A stretch of 47,074 nucleotides of DNA from an uncultured Chlamydiae bacterium (GCA_963830365.1 CAWHMU010000028.1:1-47074); one strand, 5' to 3'. Counted from the first letter of the stretch, positions 10,604 through 20,068 are shown. Notes: generated from the sequence alone by a model not told the origin. Numbers and translations: made by a program.

Positions 10604-11755
10604 ATGTTTCCTAATTCAAGCTACGCTTATCCACCTTCAGCGCCACCAGAATACGAGATGAACTGGGAGCAGCCATCTCCTCCATCGCCGCCACCCTCAT
10701 ATTCGTCCCATTTTCCACCGCCAAAACCGGCGGGGAATGCGACCTTTGGACGTGATATAAATCTAAAAGATGATTGCGTCATCTGCTTGAATCAGCTGTC
10801 TGCCCGTGCTGAAGATGATCCATCGACAAAGCTTGAAGTCGCGCAGCTTAAATGCAAGCACGTCTTCCATAACTTCTGTATCCAAAACAATATGAAGAAT
10901 GGACAACCCGGCTCCAAAGACAATTGTCCGCTGTGCCGCGCAAAGATTGATAAAGTCGCCCTGGCTGTGATTTCGCTAGGCAACGCACCAGCGCCAGTGA
11001 AGCCGGCGCCGGCTCAAAAACCGCCTGCGCAGCCAACTTTTGGTCGTGATATAAATCTAAAAGATGATTGCGTCATCTGCCTGAATCAGCTGTCTGCCCG
11101 TGCTGAAGCTGATCCATCGACAAAGCTTGAAGTCGCGCAGCTTAAATGCAAGCACGTCTTCCATAACTTCTGCATCCAGAACAATATGAAGAATGGACAA
11201 CCCGGCTCCAAGGATAACTGCCCGCTATGCCGCGCAAAGATTGATAAAGTCGCCCTGGCTGTGATTTCTCTGGGCAACGCGCCAGCGCCTGTGAAGCCTG
11301 TGCAGCCTGTGCCGGTAAAGCCGATACAGGCACAGCCAAAACCTGCTGCCGATGAAGGGGTAAATCTTGCAGAGATAGCAGGAAATGCTCTTTGGGGCAT
11401 AGGAAAAGGTCTATGGTGGGGGTTAAAAGCGGGCGGAAAGGCTGTGGCTTTTGTTGGATCCACCGCCATCGATGCTTTAACGCCTGCGCCTAAAACCGTC
11501 AAATCGGTCGAAGAGCATAGCGTTAAAGTTGTCAGGACCGTCCAGACCGCCCATAAAGACATGCTTAGGTTGCTGGGTACTCAAAAAGAGCGTATCGAAG
11601 TATTGGTAGCTCAAGTGCTTAGTTTGGCTGCCAGAGATCCTGAAGGCGCCGATCAGCTGCTGACAGAGATCGACCGTGAAATGTATCAATGTAAACAAGC
11701 CGTAGTACTGGCCAATGATGTATTTGAGAGGAATTTGTCTAAGAAGTTATCCTAA
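10604..11755 (+). CDS. tandem RING-H2 finger protein with PPxY motifs (candidate E3 ubiquitin ligase effector)
   Basis: Two copies of C-x2-C...C-x-H-x2-H-x2-C...C-x2-C; N-terminal PPEY and PPSY. Confidence 0.88.
   Translation: MFPNSSYAYPPSAPPEYEMNWEQPSPPSPPPSYSSHFPPPKPAGNATFGRDINLKDDCVICLNQLSARAEDDPSTKLEVAQLKCKHVFHNFCIQNNMKNGQPGSKDNCPLCRAKIDKVALAVISLGNAPAPVKPAPAQKPPAQPTFGRDINLKDDCVICLNQLSARAEADPSTKLEVAQLKCKHVFHNFCIQNNMKNGQPGSKDNCPLCRAKIDKVALAVISLGNAPAPVKPVQPVPVKPIQAQPKPAADEGVNLAEIAGNALWGIGKGLWWGLKAGGKAVAFVGSTAIDALTPAPKTVKSVEEHSVKVVRTVQTAHKDMLRLLGTQKERIEVLVAQVLSLAARDPEGADQLLTEIDREMYQCKQAVVLANDVFERNLSKKLS
10742..11299 (+). repeat. intragenic direct duplication, period 294 bp (RING domain x2)
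   Basis: 10742-11005 aligns without gaps to 11036-11299. Confidence 0.95.
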
Positions 11756-11783
11756 ATAATAATTTGATAAAATGCATAGCCTG

Positions 11784-11819
11784 AGGCAAGGATATCACGT
11801 TGATATGCTTGCCTTTTTT
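11784..11819 (+). terminator. Rho-independent terminator
   Basis: AGGCAAG-G-ATATCA cgt TGATAT-G-CTTGCCT followed by a T run, ~30 nt after the stop codon. Confidence 0.75.
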
Positions 11820-11927
11820 ATTAAGAAACAGCAGTTGCCGTTTATATGATAAAAGGTGCACTATGATTTTTTTGAAAGACGGGGAGCGAAAGCTGCCGCC
11901 ATGCAGAATATCTAGTGGAGCGATTAC

Positions 11928-14255
11928 ATGCTAAGTAACTTGTTCAGACAACTCCCTTGGCAGGGTTTTTCAAAGCACGATATAAAAAAAATCGGGCTGG
12001 TATATCTGATCCTAATGCTTCCAGCCATCGGATTTGTGCTCGGCCTAAGTTCAATCAATGCCATGCTGATTAAGCGCTTAGGCGTCCAGTATATGCCATA
12101 TAGCTATATCACGCTGGCTTCTTGCAATATTTTCGGAACGTTCTTCTTTTTGCAGTATGCCGACAAGATTTCGCGTTTAAAGCTGCTGGGAATCTTAGCT
12201 GGATGTGCCGGCCCTATTTTGCTCTTTGCCAGATTTTTGGCCCCCACCATGGCGGTAGATATCACCGGCTTTACCTGGGGTTTGCTTGCATTTTTTGGCC
12301 TTACCTATCTTGTGCATGGCTTTTTCACCTCGGCTTTAAATGTCCAGGCGTTGTCGTTGCTAAATGATATATTCAGGCCCAGTCAGCGCAATCGACTATT
12401 TGCTTTTTTCAGTTCGGCCTGGGTCATCGGCGGCATGACCGGAGGCTTTTTAATCCGCCTGTTAGTGCCGTTGGTGGGTGTCGTCAACATCATCCCGCTG
12501 TGGGGTTGCCTGTATTTGTGCATTATTCCCTTGGCATGGGTATTTCATCGAAATTATGCTGGAGAGTTGCGCTGGAGTCCTCCCGCTAGAGATGCGAAGA
12601 ATAAGGGACATCAGCTGGACCAACTAAAAGATGCTTTCCGCTACATCAAAAGTTCCAAGATCTTATGGTATATCGTTGCAATGCCGTTGTTGTACAATAT
12701 TGTAAATGCGATGCAGGACTATCAGTTCAGCCAGGTGATGAATGCCTCATATGATACGGAGGCGGCGCTGACCCAGTTTTTCGGTTCATATACGATCTTG
12801 TGGAATGTTACAGCCATCATATTACAGCTCACCATAGCTTCTAAGGCGTTACTTTGGATCGGCATCTTCCGGGGTTTTTTTGTGTTGCCGGCAGTGACGT
12901 TGTTAGCCTTTGTTTTTTTGCTGGTCAATTTCGGCTTTTGGGAGGGGTTGTGGCTGCGTTATGGGTGGAATATACTCAGTGTGACGATATATTTCAACGC
13001 CATCCAACATTCCTATTCGGTCATCCCTCAAAATTTCCGCGGGCGCATACGGGGCTTTAATAGCGGTATTGTCAATTCGATAGGCACCGTATGCGGAGCT
13101 TTGATTCTGATTATTTTTCATCTCGTGTTTATGGCAGGGACTTTTTGGCAACACATCATACCAACCCTTGGCGGTATCGCCTGCTGCGCGATATGGCTGT
13201 ATGTGGTGATGCGTGGACGCGGTGTCTATATCCAAACACTGATCAGCAATCTCTATCAAAAGGATTACAATACCAGGGCAGAAGCCTTGGAATCGATGGA
13301 AGAGAGAAGGGAGCCTGTCATTCATGAGGCGCTTAACTCGATCCTGTTGAATCCCGAGGAAAGCGGTAATATAAAAATCAAATCGAAAGCCATGAAGGTG
13401 CTGTCGCGGCTAAGCAATTCAGATTCGTTGCGCACGCTATCTTTATTTCTTAAGGATCCAGAACCCCAACTGCGCTTGAATGCCATCAAAGCCATTTCCC
13501 TTTTTAAGAAGATATCGAATTATCCCTTTGCGTTGCATTATCTGATGTCGGAGATACAAGAGATTTTCCAGCACGATCCTTCCCATCATGTACGTATTGA
13601 GGCCGGCAGATTTTTGCTTAATTTCCTACCCAAAGATGAGCAGCCGAAATTTATCGAAGAAATACTCAATCACGCTGACCGCAGCATCCGCATCATGGCC
13701 ATACAAAATATCGATCTATTAAATATCGAACTCATTGATATGATGGTCATTGGGAAATTGAATGACCCGGATGTCGCGGTACGCAGCGAAGCGATTATGG
13801 CGCTTTGGAAATTTACCAACTATAGGTTGATTACCTCTGCTGCCATCCGCCGCTTATTGCAATCGCAAGATACCGAAGAGGTGAAATATGGCCTTATCAC
13901 GCTGATACGGCTGGGCACACCGGCAGAGTATTTGATGGAAGTGCAACCGCTGGTAGCGATTAAAAACCATTTAATTAAAAGCTTAGCCTGCATTTTTTGT
14001 TTGTCTTCGCTGTCTCCAGGAACGGAAGAGTGGCAGGCCATGCAAAATGCCTTGATTGAAACGCTGGCCGATCCTAGCTATCCGGAAGCTGACCGCAAGC
14101 AATTTGTGGGCTATATCCCCAAATTCAAAGATGAAGCCATCGATGCCATTTTAGAGGGTTTGCAGGAGCTCAGCATGGAGAAGCGCGCCATCGCGACGGC
14201 AGGCATCGAGAATTTTGCCGAGTTGCTCTATAAAAAAATCATCAACGAGTCTTGA
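11928..14255 (+). CDS. NTT/TLC-like MFS transporter domain fused to HEAT repeats
   Basis: About 12 TM helices with NDIFRPSQRNRLFAFF and YSVIPQNFRGRIRGF, followed by HEAT-like repeats (LKDPEPQLRLNAIKA, LNDPDVAVRSEAIMAL). Confidence 0.75.
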   Translation: MLSNLFRQLPWQGFSKHDIKKIGLVYLILMLPAIGFVLGLSSINAMLIKRLGVQYMPYSYITLASCNIFGTFFFLQYADKISRLKLLGILAGCAGPILLFARFLAPTMAVDITGFTWGLLAFFGLTYLVHGFFTSALNVQALSLLNDIFRPSQRNRLFAFFSSAWVIGGMTGGFLIRLLVPLVGVVNIIPLWGCLYLCIIPLAWVFHRNYAGELRWSPPARDAKNKGHQLDQLKDAFRYIKSSKILWYIVAMPLLYNIVNAMQDYQFSQVMNASYDTEAALTQFFGSYTILWNVTAIILQLTIASKALLWIGIFRGFFVLPAVTLLAFVFLLVNFGFWEGLWLRYGWNILSVTIYFNAIQHSYSVIPQNFRGRIRGFNSGIVNSIGTVCGALILIIFHLVFMAGTFWQHIIPTLGGIACCAIWLYVVMRGRGVYIQTLISNLYQKDYNTRAEALESMEERREPVIHEALNSILLNPEESGNIKIKSKAMKVLSRLSNSDSLRTLSLFLKDPEPQLRLNAIKAISLFKKISNYPFALHYLMSEIQEIFQHDPSHHVRIEAGRFLLNFLPKDEQPKFIEEILNHADRSIRIMAIQNIDLLNIELIDMMVIGKLNDPDVAVRSEAIMALWKFTNYRLITSAAIRRLLQSQDTEEVKYGLITLIRLGTPAEYLMEVQPLVAIKNHLIKSLACIFCLSSLSPGTEEWQAMQNALIETLADPSYPEADRKQFVGYIPKFKDEAIDAILEGLQELSMEKRAIATAGIENFAELLYKKIINES

Positions 14256-14539
14256 TTTATCTTCTGTCTTGCGGCTTATATCTGGTTGTTTCCGGGTTGT
14301 AGTTGGGCTCGCAATCGCCAGCTTTATTCAAGTGATGATTATCGGGGCACCAGGCGCCGCCATTGACTTTGGAGAGCTGTTTCTTGCTGAGTTTTGTGAT
14401 TTTTATTTTAGCCATAAAAATACCCGCCTTATGAAATATTTGCCTCTTTCTGCATTATAGCATATCCCCATTATTTAGCTTCATGCTGCGAAATTATTAT
14501 CACTTACTTTAGGTCCTTGTCCTTGACCTGTAAAAAGCA

Positions 14540-15291
14540 GGTTTATCAGTCAAATGAGTACCTCGCCTTATGGGAATTTGGCGAGGACGTTGCAAAAACA
14601 CATCATACATAATGGCAAATTGCACGTTTGCTCCTGTGAAGGCAGGAGTTGAGCTAGTGCTGCCATATAAGCGACAGGGCGCAAGCCATGAGAACATTTT
14701 TAGAGCCTCGATAGAGGCGGAAGCATGTAGCCACATGCGTCAGCGTGTGGTCCATCGAATGTTTATAAACAGAGCCGTTAATACGGCGGCAGCGATGACT
14801 AAAGGATATTATATGCGATAATAATTGTATCTGATTTAGCTTCCCTTGAAGTTGCTGTCGCCGTATTCACGGCTCTCGTAATGTTACATTTTATGGCTCA
14901 TCGCGCAAATGAGTACCCATGAGGTTTTCCCGACCTTCTCTGTGCCTCTGTGGTGAAATCTGCTTGCTGGATGTATAGTATTATCAATCAGAGTGTTACG
15001 GAAAGCTTCACCACCGAGACACAGAGGCACAGAGAAGAAAAATGGAGATTGCTCTTAGGGTTTTGTTAATTAGGTACTCATTTGCGTGATGAACCCATTT
15101 TATTCCATAGGTTGACACCTATGGCTACATGCTTCAGCCTCTATCGAGGCTGACTAGACCTTCTGTGCTAGAATGTCGATTTCTTTCAAAGACAACCTTA
15201 CTAATATGTTTTTAATTCTCTTTTTCAACCATCTATGACTAAGTCTTTTTGACAAATCCTATCGGATAGGTACGCACTTGTGTGATGAGCC
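14540..15291. mobile_element. MITE family A (~545 bp native) containing the REPIN core and a nested family-B MITE
   Basis: TIRs GGTTTATCAGTCAAATGAGTACCT / AGGTACGCACTTGTGTGATGAGCC; colinear with 45342-45881. Confidence 0.8.
14895..15095 (+). mobile_element. 201-bp MITE (family B) with 8-bp target-site duplication
   Basis: TIRs GGCTCATCGCGCAAATGAGTACC / GGTACTCATTTGCGTGATGAACC; CATTTTAT at 14887-14894 and 15096-15103; a single CATTTTAT at the empty site near 45695. Confidence 0.92.
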
Positions 15292-15402
15292 TAAAATCAG
15301 AAAACTATAATACAAAGTACTATTTGTTTGTGGATGTTCTGTGTTGAAGTAAAATGTATGTTATTGTAAAATATTACTTTATAAATAAATGAGTGGTGCG
15401 TA

Positions 15403-16020
15403 GTGAGTGTGATTAATAACACATATTCTTCCAGTAGCACATTGGATGTGGTTCAAGTCCAGCCGTTAAATAAATACGCACATGCCCAGGAAAACATCGC
15501 CACATGCTTTAATGACATCTTTGATTCTCAGCAATTCCAAGACAAGGAAAAGCTTGAGGGGTGGAAACCGTTTGTATTAGGTCTTGTCAAAAAGTATCAG
15601 GAGTCGCCAGGCGAGGTTAATGACGTTAACACGATGATCCATATTGCCACATTGAACGAACGTATTATTGGCTATATCGTTGCATTTTTAAAAAAAAATG
15701 AGCATTCGGCCTATGTCCCGGTATTTGCTGTGCATAAAGCATTCCATGGGAAGAGCGTCGGTTCTAAGCTGATGAATGCTTTATTTGAAAAAATGAGCCG
15801 CTATCCAAACTCCACCGTTTCTCTGCATTGCTTAGCAAATGATAAAAAAGTCGTTAGATTTTATCGTAGCCGTCCTGAGCTTTGCAGTGAAAAGCCTAAT
15901 GGCAACTATAGCTCGGGTGAACCAAAATTAGAAATGCTGTTTAAAGTCCATACGCCCAAGAGTTGCTTGGGAAGATTTAATGCAGTTTGTGGCCGTTTGG
16001 TACGGGCTGTTCTGGGCTGA
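15403..16020 (+). CDS. GNAT-family acetyltransferase
   Basis: IIGYI, FAVHKAFHGKSVGSKLM (motif A) and N..VVRFY motifs. Confidence 0.8.
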   Translation: MSVINNTYSSSSTLDVVQVQPLNKYAHAQENIATCFNDIFDSQQFQDKEKLEGWKPFVLGLVKKYQESPGEVNDVNTMIHIATLNERIIGYIVAFLKKNEHSAYVPVFAVHKAFHGKSVGSKLMNALFEKMSRYPNSTVSLHCLANDKKVVRFYRSRPELCSEKPNGNYSSGEPKLEMLFKVHTPKSCLGRFNAVCGRLVRAVLG

Positions 16021-16309
16021 CCAATACAATTTCATTTGCGGCATTGGATAGTCCCAGAACTAGGACTTCCGACATGAACGACCCGATCTGTTTGGGAGGA
16101 AAGTTGACGACTGCCAGCACCTGCCGGCCGAGGAGATTTTCGTTGGCATAGAGATGGGTGATTTGGGCGGAAGTCTTTTTGATTCCCATTTCCGGTCCGA
16201 AATCAATCATGAGTTTAAGGGCCGGCTTTCTGGCTTCAGGGAACGCTTCGGCAGAGATGACGGTGCCAACGCGGATGTCTACTTTTACAAAATCGTCGTA
16301 TGAAATCAT
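15977..16309 (-). CDS. csaA: CsaA / tRNA-binding OB-fold protein
   Basis: ISYDDFVKVDIRVGT, FPEARKPA, SAQIT and VVNFPPKQIG..MSEVLVLG motifs. Confidence 0.92.
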   Translation of the reverse strand: MISYDDFVKVDIRVGTVISAEAFPEARKPALKLMIDFGPEMGIKKTSAQITHLYANENLLGRQVLAVVNFPPKQIGSFMSEVLVLGLSNAANEIVLVSPEQPVPNGHKLH

Positions 16310-16476
16310 TTTATATCCTCATCAGGTGCGTTTTCACAAGTGGCATGCCATCATAGGCAAGCCAGGGATTAATTTTCAATTCAGATTATAATGTGAATAA
16401 GGTCTATATTTCCGGTGCATCGCACAAATTGAGTGGTTGGTTTAGCCATCATTATCATACCCGCTCAAAGTTTTTA

Positions 16477-16654
16477 GGCTGAAAGCCTGCTATAGGAAAG
16501 CCTAGGGCAACGCCCTAGGTACATGAAAATAAAGTTGCAGGCCGTAGGCCTGCTCCATAGCGACTTATAAGGCAGGCCTACAGCCTGCGATCTATTTTAA
16601 AGTCTACTTAGCGCGTTGCCCTGGGCTTATATAAATGAGGCGTGCGTACAGCCT
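16477..16654. repeat. REPIN-like nested palindrome
   Basis: AGGCTGAAAGCCT..AAGCCTAGGGCAACGCCCTAGG ... GCAGGCCGTAGGCCTGC / GCAGGCCTACAGCCTGC ... GCGTTGCCCTGGGCTT..CAGCCT. Confidence 0.7.
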
Positions 16655-16656
16655 CC

Positions 16657-17820
16657 TTAGCTCGGCACCAAATAGAAAAGCGTCGAGGCGGCAAAGGTCA
16701 AAAATACCGGCCATTTCAAGGGGGTTAAACCCGTCATCTTGTGCGCGATATTCAAAAACGTCAGCACAATAAGGCCTGGATAACATATCTGCAATACCGG
16801 CCACAGGAAGGCTGAAATGCCGGTGAATTCAAAGGTCGAGACGAAGAAGGTGAGCAGCAGGGCGCCGATCAAAGTGATCTCATAGCCGATTTTTTCTTTG
16901 AAGACTTCCTTTTGCATGAAATCGGTGAAGGCCGAGATCAAAGCGATGGCTGTCGTCAGGCATGCCAGGGCGATGGCGATACAAACCAGCGTGCCGGCAT
17001 AGGCGCCGGCAATTTTCAAGGTGATGGCCGCCAGCAGCTCCTCTTTGCCGTTGATGGCAAGGCCGTCTCCGTGGAAGGAGGAGATGTAGCTGAACCCTAC
17101 ATAGATGGCCGCCAGCAGGCAGGCCCCGACGATGCTAGCTTGCAGGGCTGTTTTGAGATAAACCTCTTTCTTGCTGCCGTCTGCAGCGCAGCGCTCGCGA
17201 AGAATATGAATGATGGTGGAGGAAAAGAAAAAGGCCGCCAGGAGATCCATCGTATTATACCCTTCGTTAAGGCCATGCAGGAACATGCTTAGATTTGTAT
17301 GCGCAACGCTTGAAGCTTCGGTGGCGGTCATCAGGCCGATGGCGATGATGATGATGAGCGCAGCAAGCAAAGCGGGCGTTAATATCCAGCCGAGGAGCCC
17401 TAGAATATGCTTCTTCTTTGCCGTGAACAGGAAGATGATGCCGCAGGAGAGCGCACTGAACAGATAGAAGGGCATATCCAGAAAAGAGCCCTTTAATGTG
17501 GTATATGCCAAAGCGATGCACCTCGGCGTCGATCCCAAAGGTCCTAGCAGCGATATGATTGTCAAAGCCACAAGGAAACCCGGCAGGCGGCCGAGCCTGC
17601 CAAAAAACTGGCGGTAGTTGCCATCAAATAGTATCATGGCAATGACGCCGGCAATGGGCATGATGGCGGCCGTGATGATCAGTCCGAGCATGGCAAAGAG
17701 ATTCTTATCGCCGGCATATTGGCCGACAGCCAGCGGGTAGATGATATTTCCCGCGCCGAAAAACATTGAAAACATGGCGAGTCCAATGGACAACGCCTCC
17801 GATTTGAAAAAAGTCCGCAT
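16657..17820 (-). CDS. brnQ: branched-chain amino acid transport system II carrier protein
   Basis: GLAMFSMFFGAGNIIYP, GPLGSTPR, GYNTMDLLAAFFF and LACLTTAIAL motifs; ATG at 17820. Confidence 0.95.
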   Translation of the reverse strand: MRTFFKSEALSIGLAMFSMFFGAGNIIYPLAVGQYAGDKNLFAMLGLIITAAIMPIAGVIAMILFDGNYRQFFGRLGRLPGFLVALTIISLLGPLGSTPRCIALAYTTLKGSFLDMPFYLFSALSCGIIFLFTAKKKHILGLLGWILTPALLAALIIIIAIGLMTATEASSVAHTNLSMFLHGLNEGYNTMDLLAAFFFSSTIIHILRERCAADGSKKEVYLKTALQASIVGACLLAAIYVGFSYISSFHGDGLAINGKEELLAAITLKIAGAYAGTLVCIAIALACLTTAIALISAFTDFMQKEVFKEKIGYEITLIGALLLTFFVSTFEFTGISAFLWPVLQICYPGLIVLTFLNIAHKMTGLTPLKWPVFLTFAASTLFYLVPS

Positions 17821-17877
17821 GATTAATACCTTATTAAACACATCTAAAGTCACTATAGGCCGAAGTCTTGTGCGCTG

Positions 17878-17900
17878 AAAAAAGCGCCTTTAGCCGCTGC
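17878..17900 (-). terminator. putative attenuator terminator in the brnQ leader
   Basis: Minus strand GCAGCGGCTAAAGGCGCTTTTTT (short GC stem plus U tract) between the leader stop and the brnQ start. Confidence 0.5.
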
Positions 17901-17949
17901 TATCTTTGGTTCCCTTTCGGGGTAAACAGGAAAAATGTAAGAGGAGGGA

Positions 17950-18129
17950 TTATATGTGCGCGCAGCGCACGACGACGACAGATGAGACGACGACAGATGA
18001 GGCGACTTTTGAAACGGCGATTGAAAGCAAACGGGCTATAGGCGCAAAGCAGCTATTAGACATTAGTCTTGGGCTGGCTTGGCCGATGTGGTGACAGGTG
18101 GCGTCACGGTTTGTTTCAATAAACGACAT
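17950..18129 (-). CDS. putative branched-chain amino acid attenuator leader peptide (59 aa; 37 aa from ATG 18063)
   Basis: Translated by hand: ...MSNSCFAPIARLLSIAVSKVASSVVVSSVVVVRCAHI*. It is below the ORF-track cutoff and lies directly upstream of brnQ. Confidence 0.7.
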   Translation of the reverse strand: MSFIETNRDATCHHIGQASPRLMSNSCFAPIARLLSIAVSKVASSVVVSSVVVVRCAHI

Positions 18130-18154
18130 GTATAAAGGGGTTATGTTTTACTTA

Positions 18155-18184
18155 ATCATAGCATATTTAGGATAATTTATACAA
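18155..18184 (-). promoter_or_regulatory. sigma70/sigma66-type promoter for the leader-brnQ unit
   Basis: Minus strand TTGTAT-N18-TATGAT with a TG extension, ~25 nt upstream of ATG 18129. Confidence 0.55.
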
Positions 18185-18271
18185 GCTAAGTTCTTTAGAA
18201 AAACTGCCGACAACCCTTAACCAGAAAAATTCAACGCAAAGAAACAGCCAAGCGGCGCAAAACAAGGCAAT

Positions 18272-18408
18272 TCACCACAGAGGCACCGAGACAAAGAGAG
18301 AGACAAGTTGCCTATAACAAGATGGTAGGATAGATAGGATAAATGCAGCTTTAAGAAAGGATGATAGCCTCAAATTACAACCACAGCGTCATGGCTAAGG
18401 CGGCAAGC
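18272..18408 (+). repeat. ~137-bp inverted repeat, left arm
   Basis: Reverse complement of 20140-20275 with scattered mismatches. Confidence 0.88.
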
Positions 18409-18565
18409 GCCATTCTTTGCGCCTTGTGCCGTTTCTTTGCATTGGATTGTCCTTTGCTTTGACTTGCTCTGCCGGCATGCAATGGGATGCCGGCGTAAGC
18501 TTTCGGTTGCCACCTGGCGGCTCGGCATGCTATATACCAGGATCTAGTTAACAGAGACGGCGTAC

Positions 18566-20068
18566 ATGCATAAATATTATCTGATATTCCTATTTTTACT
18601 GGTGTGCGTTGGCTGCCGTCTGGGGCCCAAATACAAGCTGCCCGAGACGGAGACGCCGGCGGCATGGAAGAATGACCGCCAGGAAGGTTGCTGTGAGGCT
18701 CCCTGTTTCACCGGCCTTTGGTGGGAAGTCTTTGCTGATAGCGTGCTCGATGGCCTTGAGACATGTGCCATAACCAATAATCCCAATCTGTATGCCGCGC
18801 TGGACCGTGTGGCCCAGGCCCGGGCGATAGCCGGCGCCGACAAAGCCGCGCTCTATCCGCAGATTGCGCTTAATCCCGGTTACAGCAATATGGGGACGCT
18901 TTTTAAGATCTACCTGCCAACGGGGGTTTTACCGGGCGTGACAGTGCTGCAGAATTCGTTTCGCGTGCATGAATTGCAATATTCATTGCCATTCACCATG
19001 AACTACGAGTTGGATTTATGGGGCAAGTTGGCGGGGCAGTACGATTCGGCCTATTACAACGCCCAGGCGCAGGCCGACAACTTCCAAACAGCCCTCCTAA
19101 CGCTTACTGCCGATGTCGCCAGCAGCTACTTCCAATTGAGGTCGCTGGACGGACAGATTGCCTATTTGCAAAGAAATCTCGATTGGCTGCGCAAAAATGA
19201 AAAGCTTGTGCAGTCGCGCTTTAGTAAAGGCCTGGTCAATTACCAGGATGTCGCCGGCGCTGTGCAGCAGCTTGCCACCACCGAAGCTGCCTATTATGAC
19301 GTGCTGCGCCAGCGTGCGCTGCAGGAGGATGTGGTGGCAACGCTGATCGGCATGCCGGCGTCAGAATTTTGTCTCGAGGCCAACCCTCTGGCAGGAGAGC
19401 CGCCCTGCATTCCGCCGGGGTTGCCAAGCGAAGTGTTGGCGCAGCGCCCTGACATCGCCGCTGCCGAGCGCAACATGGCCTCGGAACATGCTTTGATAGG
19501 TGTCGCCTATGCTTCATTTCTACCCTCCATCCAGCTTACAGGCTTGTTGGGGTATTACAGTCCGCAGCTTAACGACTTCATGCATTGGAAAAGCCGATTG
19601 TGGTCCATGGCCGCCAATGCCGCCCTGCCGATTTTTGATGCCGGACGCAACCAGTCCAATCTGGATCTGTCCTATGCCCATTTCAAGGAGTCTTCGCATG
19701 CCTATCAGCAGACCGTGCTGACGGCCTTTCAGGAGGTTGAAGATGCGCTAGTGAACCTGGATCTGCAGCACCGGGAGTATGAAAGCTACCGCCGCGCTGC
19801 CGAAGCTTCTGAGAAAAGGATACAGCTATCCAATAGGCGCTATTTGCAAGGGTTGGTGGGGTATCTGGAAGTCATCGACAGCGAGCGCACAGGCATTGAG
19901 GTGGAAGTCAGCAAGATCGCCATGTTGGGCGCGCGCTATATCTCCACCGTCCAGCTCATCAAAGCCATCGGCGGCCCTCTCTGGGGCCTTTATGAAGCCA
20001 GGCAAGAGAGTGTGGATAGTCAGTGTGAGGATTCTTCATCACCGAGCGATTCAGGCATAGAGAAGTAA
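18566..20068 (+). CDS. NodT/OprM-family efflux outer-membrane lipoprotein
   Basis: Lipobox VCVGC; WWEVFAD, YELDLWGK, PSEVLAQRPDIAAAER and VLTAFQEVEDAL motifs. Confidence 0.93.
   Translation: MHKYYLIFLFLLVCVGCRLGPKYKLPETETPAAWKNDRQEGCCEAPCFTGLWWEVFADSVLDGLETCAITNNPNLYAALDRVAQARAIAGADKAALYPQIALNPGYSNMGTLFKIYLPTGVLPGVTVLQNSFRVHELQYSLPFTMNYELDLWGKLAGQYDSAYYNAQAQADNFQTALLTLTADVASSYFQLRSLDGQIAYLQRNLDWLRKNEKLVQSRFSKGLVNYQDVAGAVQQLATTEAAYYDVLRQRALQEDVVATLIGMPASEFCLEANPLAGEPPCIPPGLPSEVLAQRPDIAAAERNMASEHALIGVAYASFLPSIQLTGLLGYYSPQLNDFMHWKSRLWSMAANAALPIFDAGRNQSNLDLSYAHFKESSHAYQQTVLTAFQEVEDALVNLDLQHREYESYRRAAEASEKRIQLSNRRYLQGLVGYLEVIDSERTGIEVEVSKIAMLGARYISTVQLIKAIGGPLWGLYEARQESVDSQCEDSSSPSDSGIEK

Noticed and set aside
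14570..14821. 83-aa ORF (and antisense 14509-14736) in MITE-A
   Set aside because: Lies within repeat DNA; the equivalent frame in the 45.4-kb copy hits TAA early.
15977..16020. 44-nt convergent overlap of the GNAT gene and csaA
   Set aside because: Short 3' overlaps are common, and there is no evidence of function.
17906..18094. 62-aa plus-strand Thr-rich ORF
   Set aside because: Antisense shadow of the Val-rich leader; TTG start and no supporting context.
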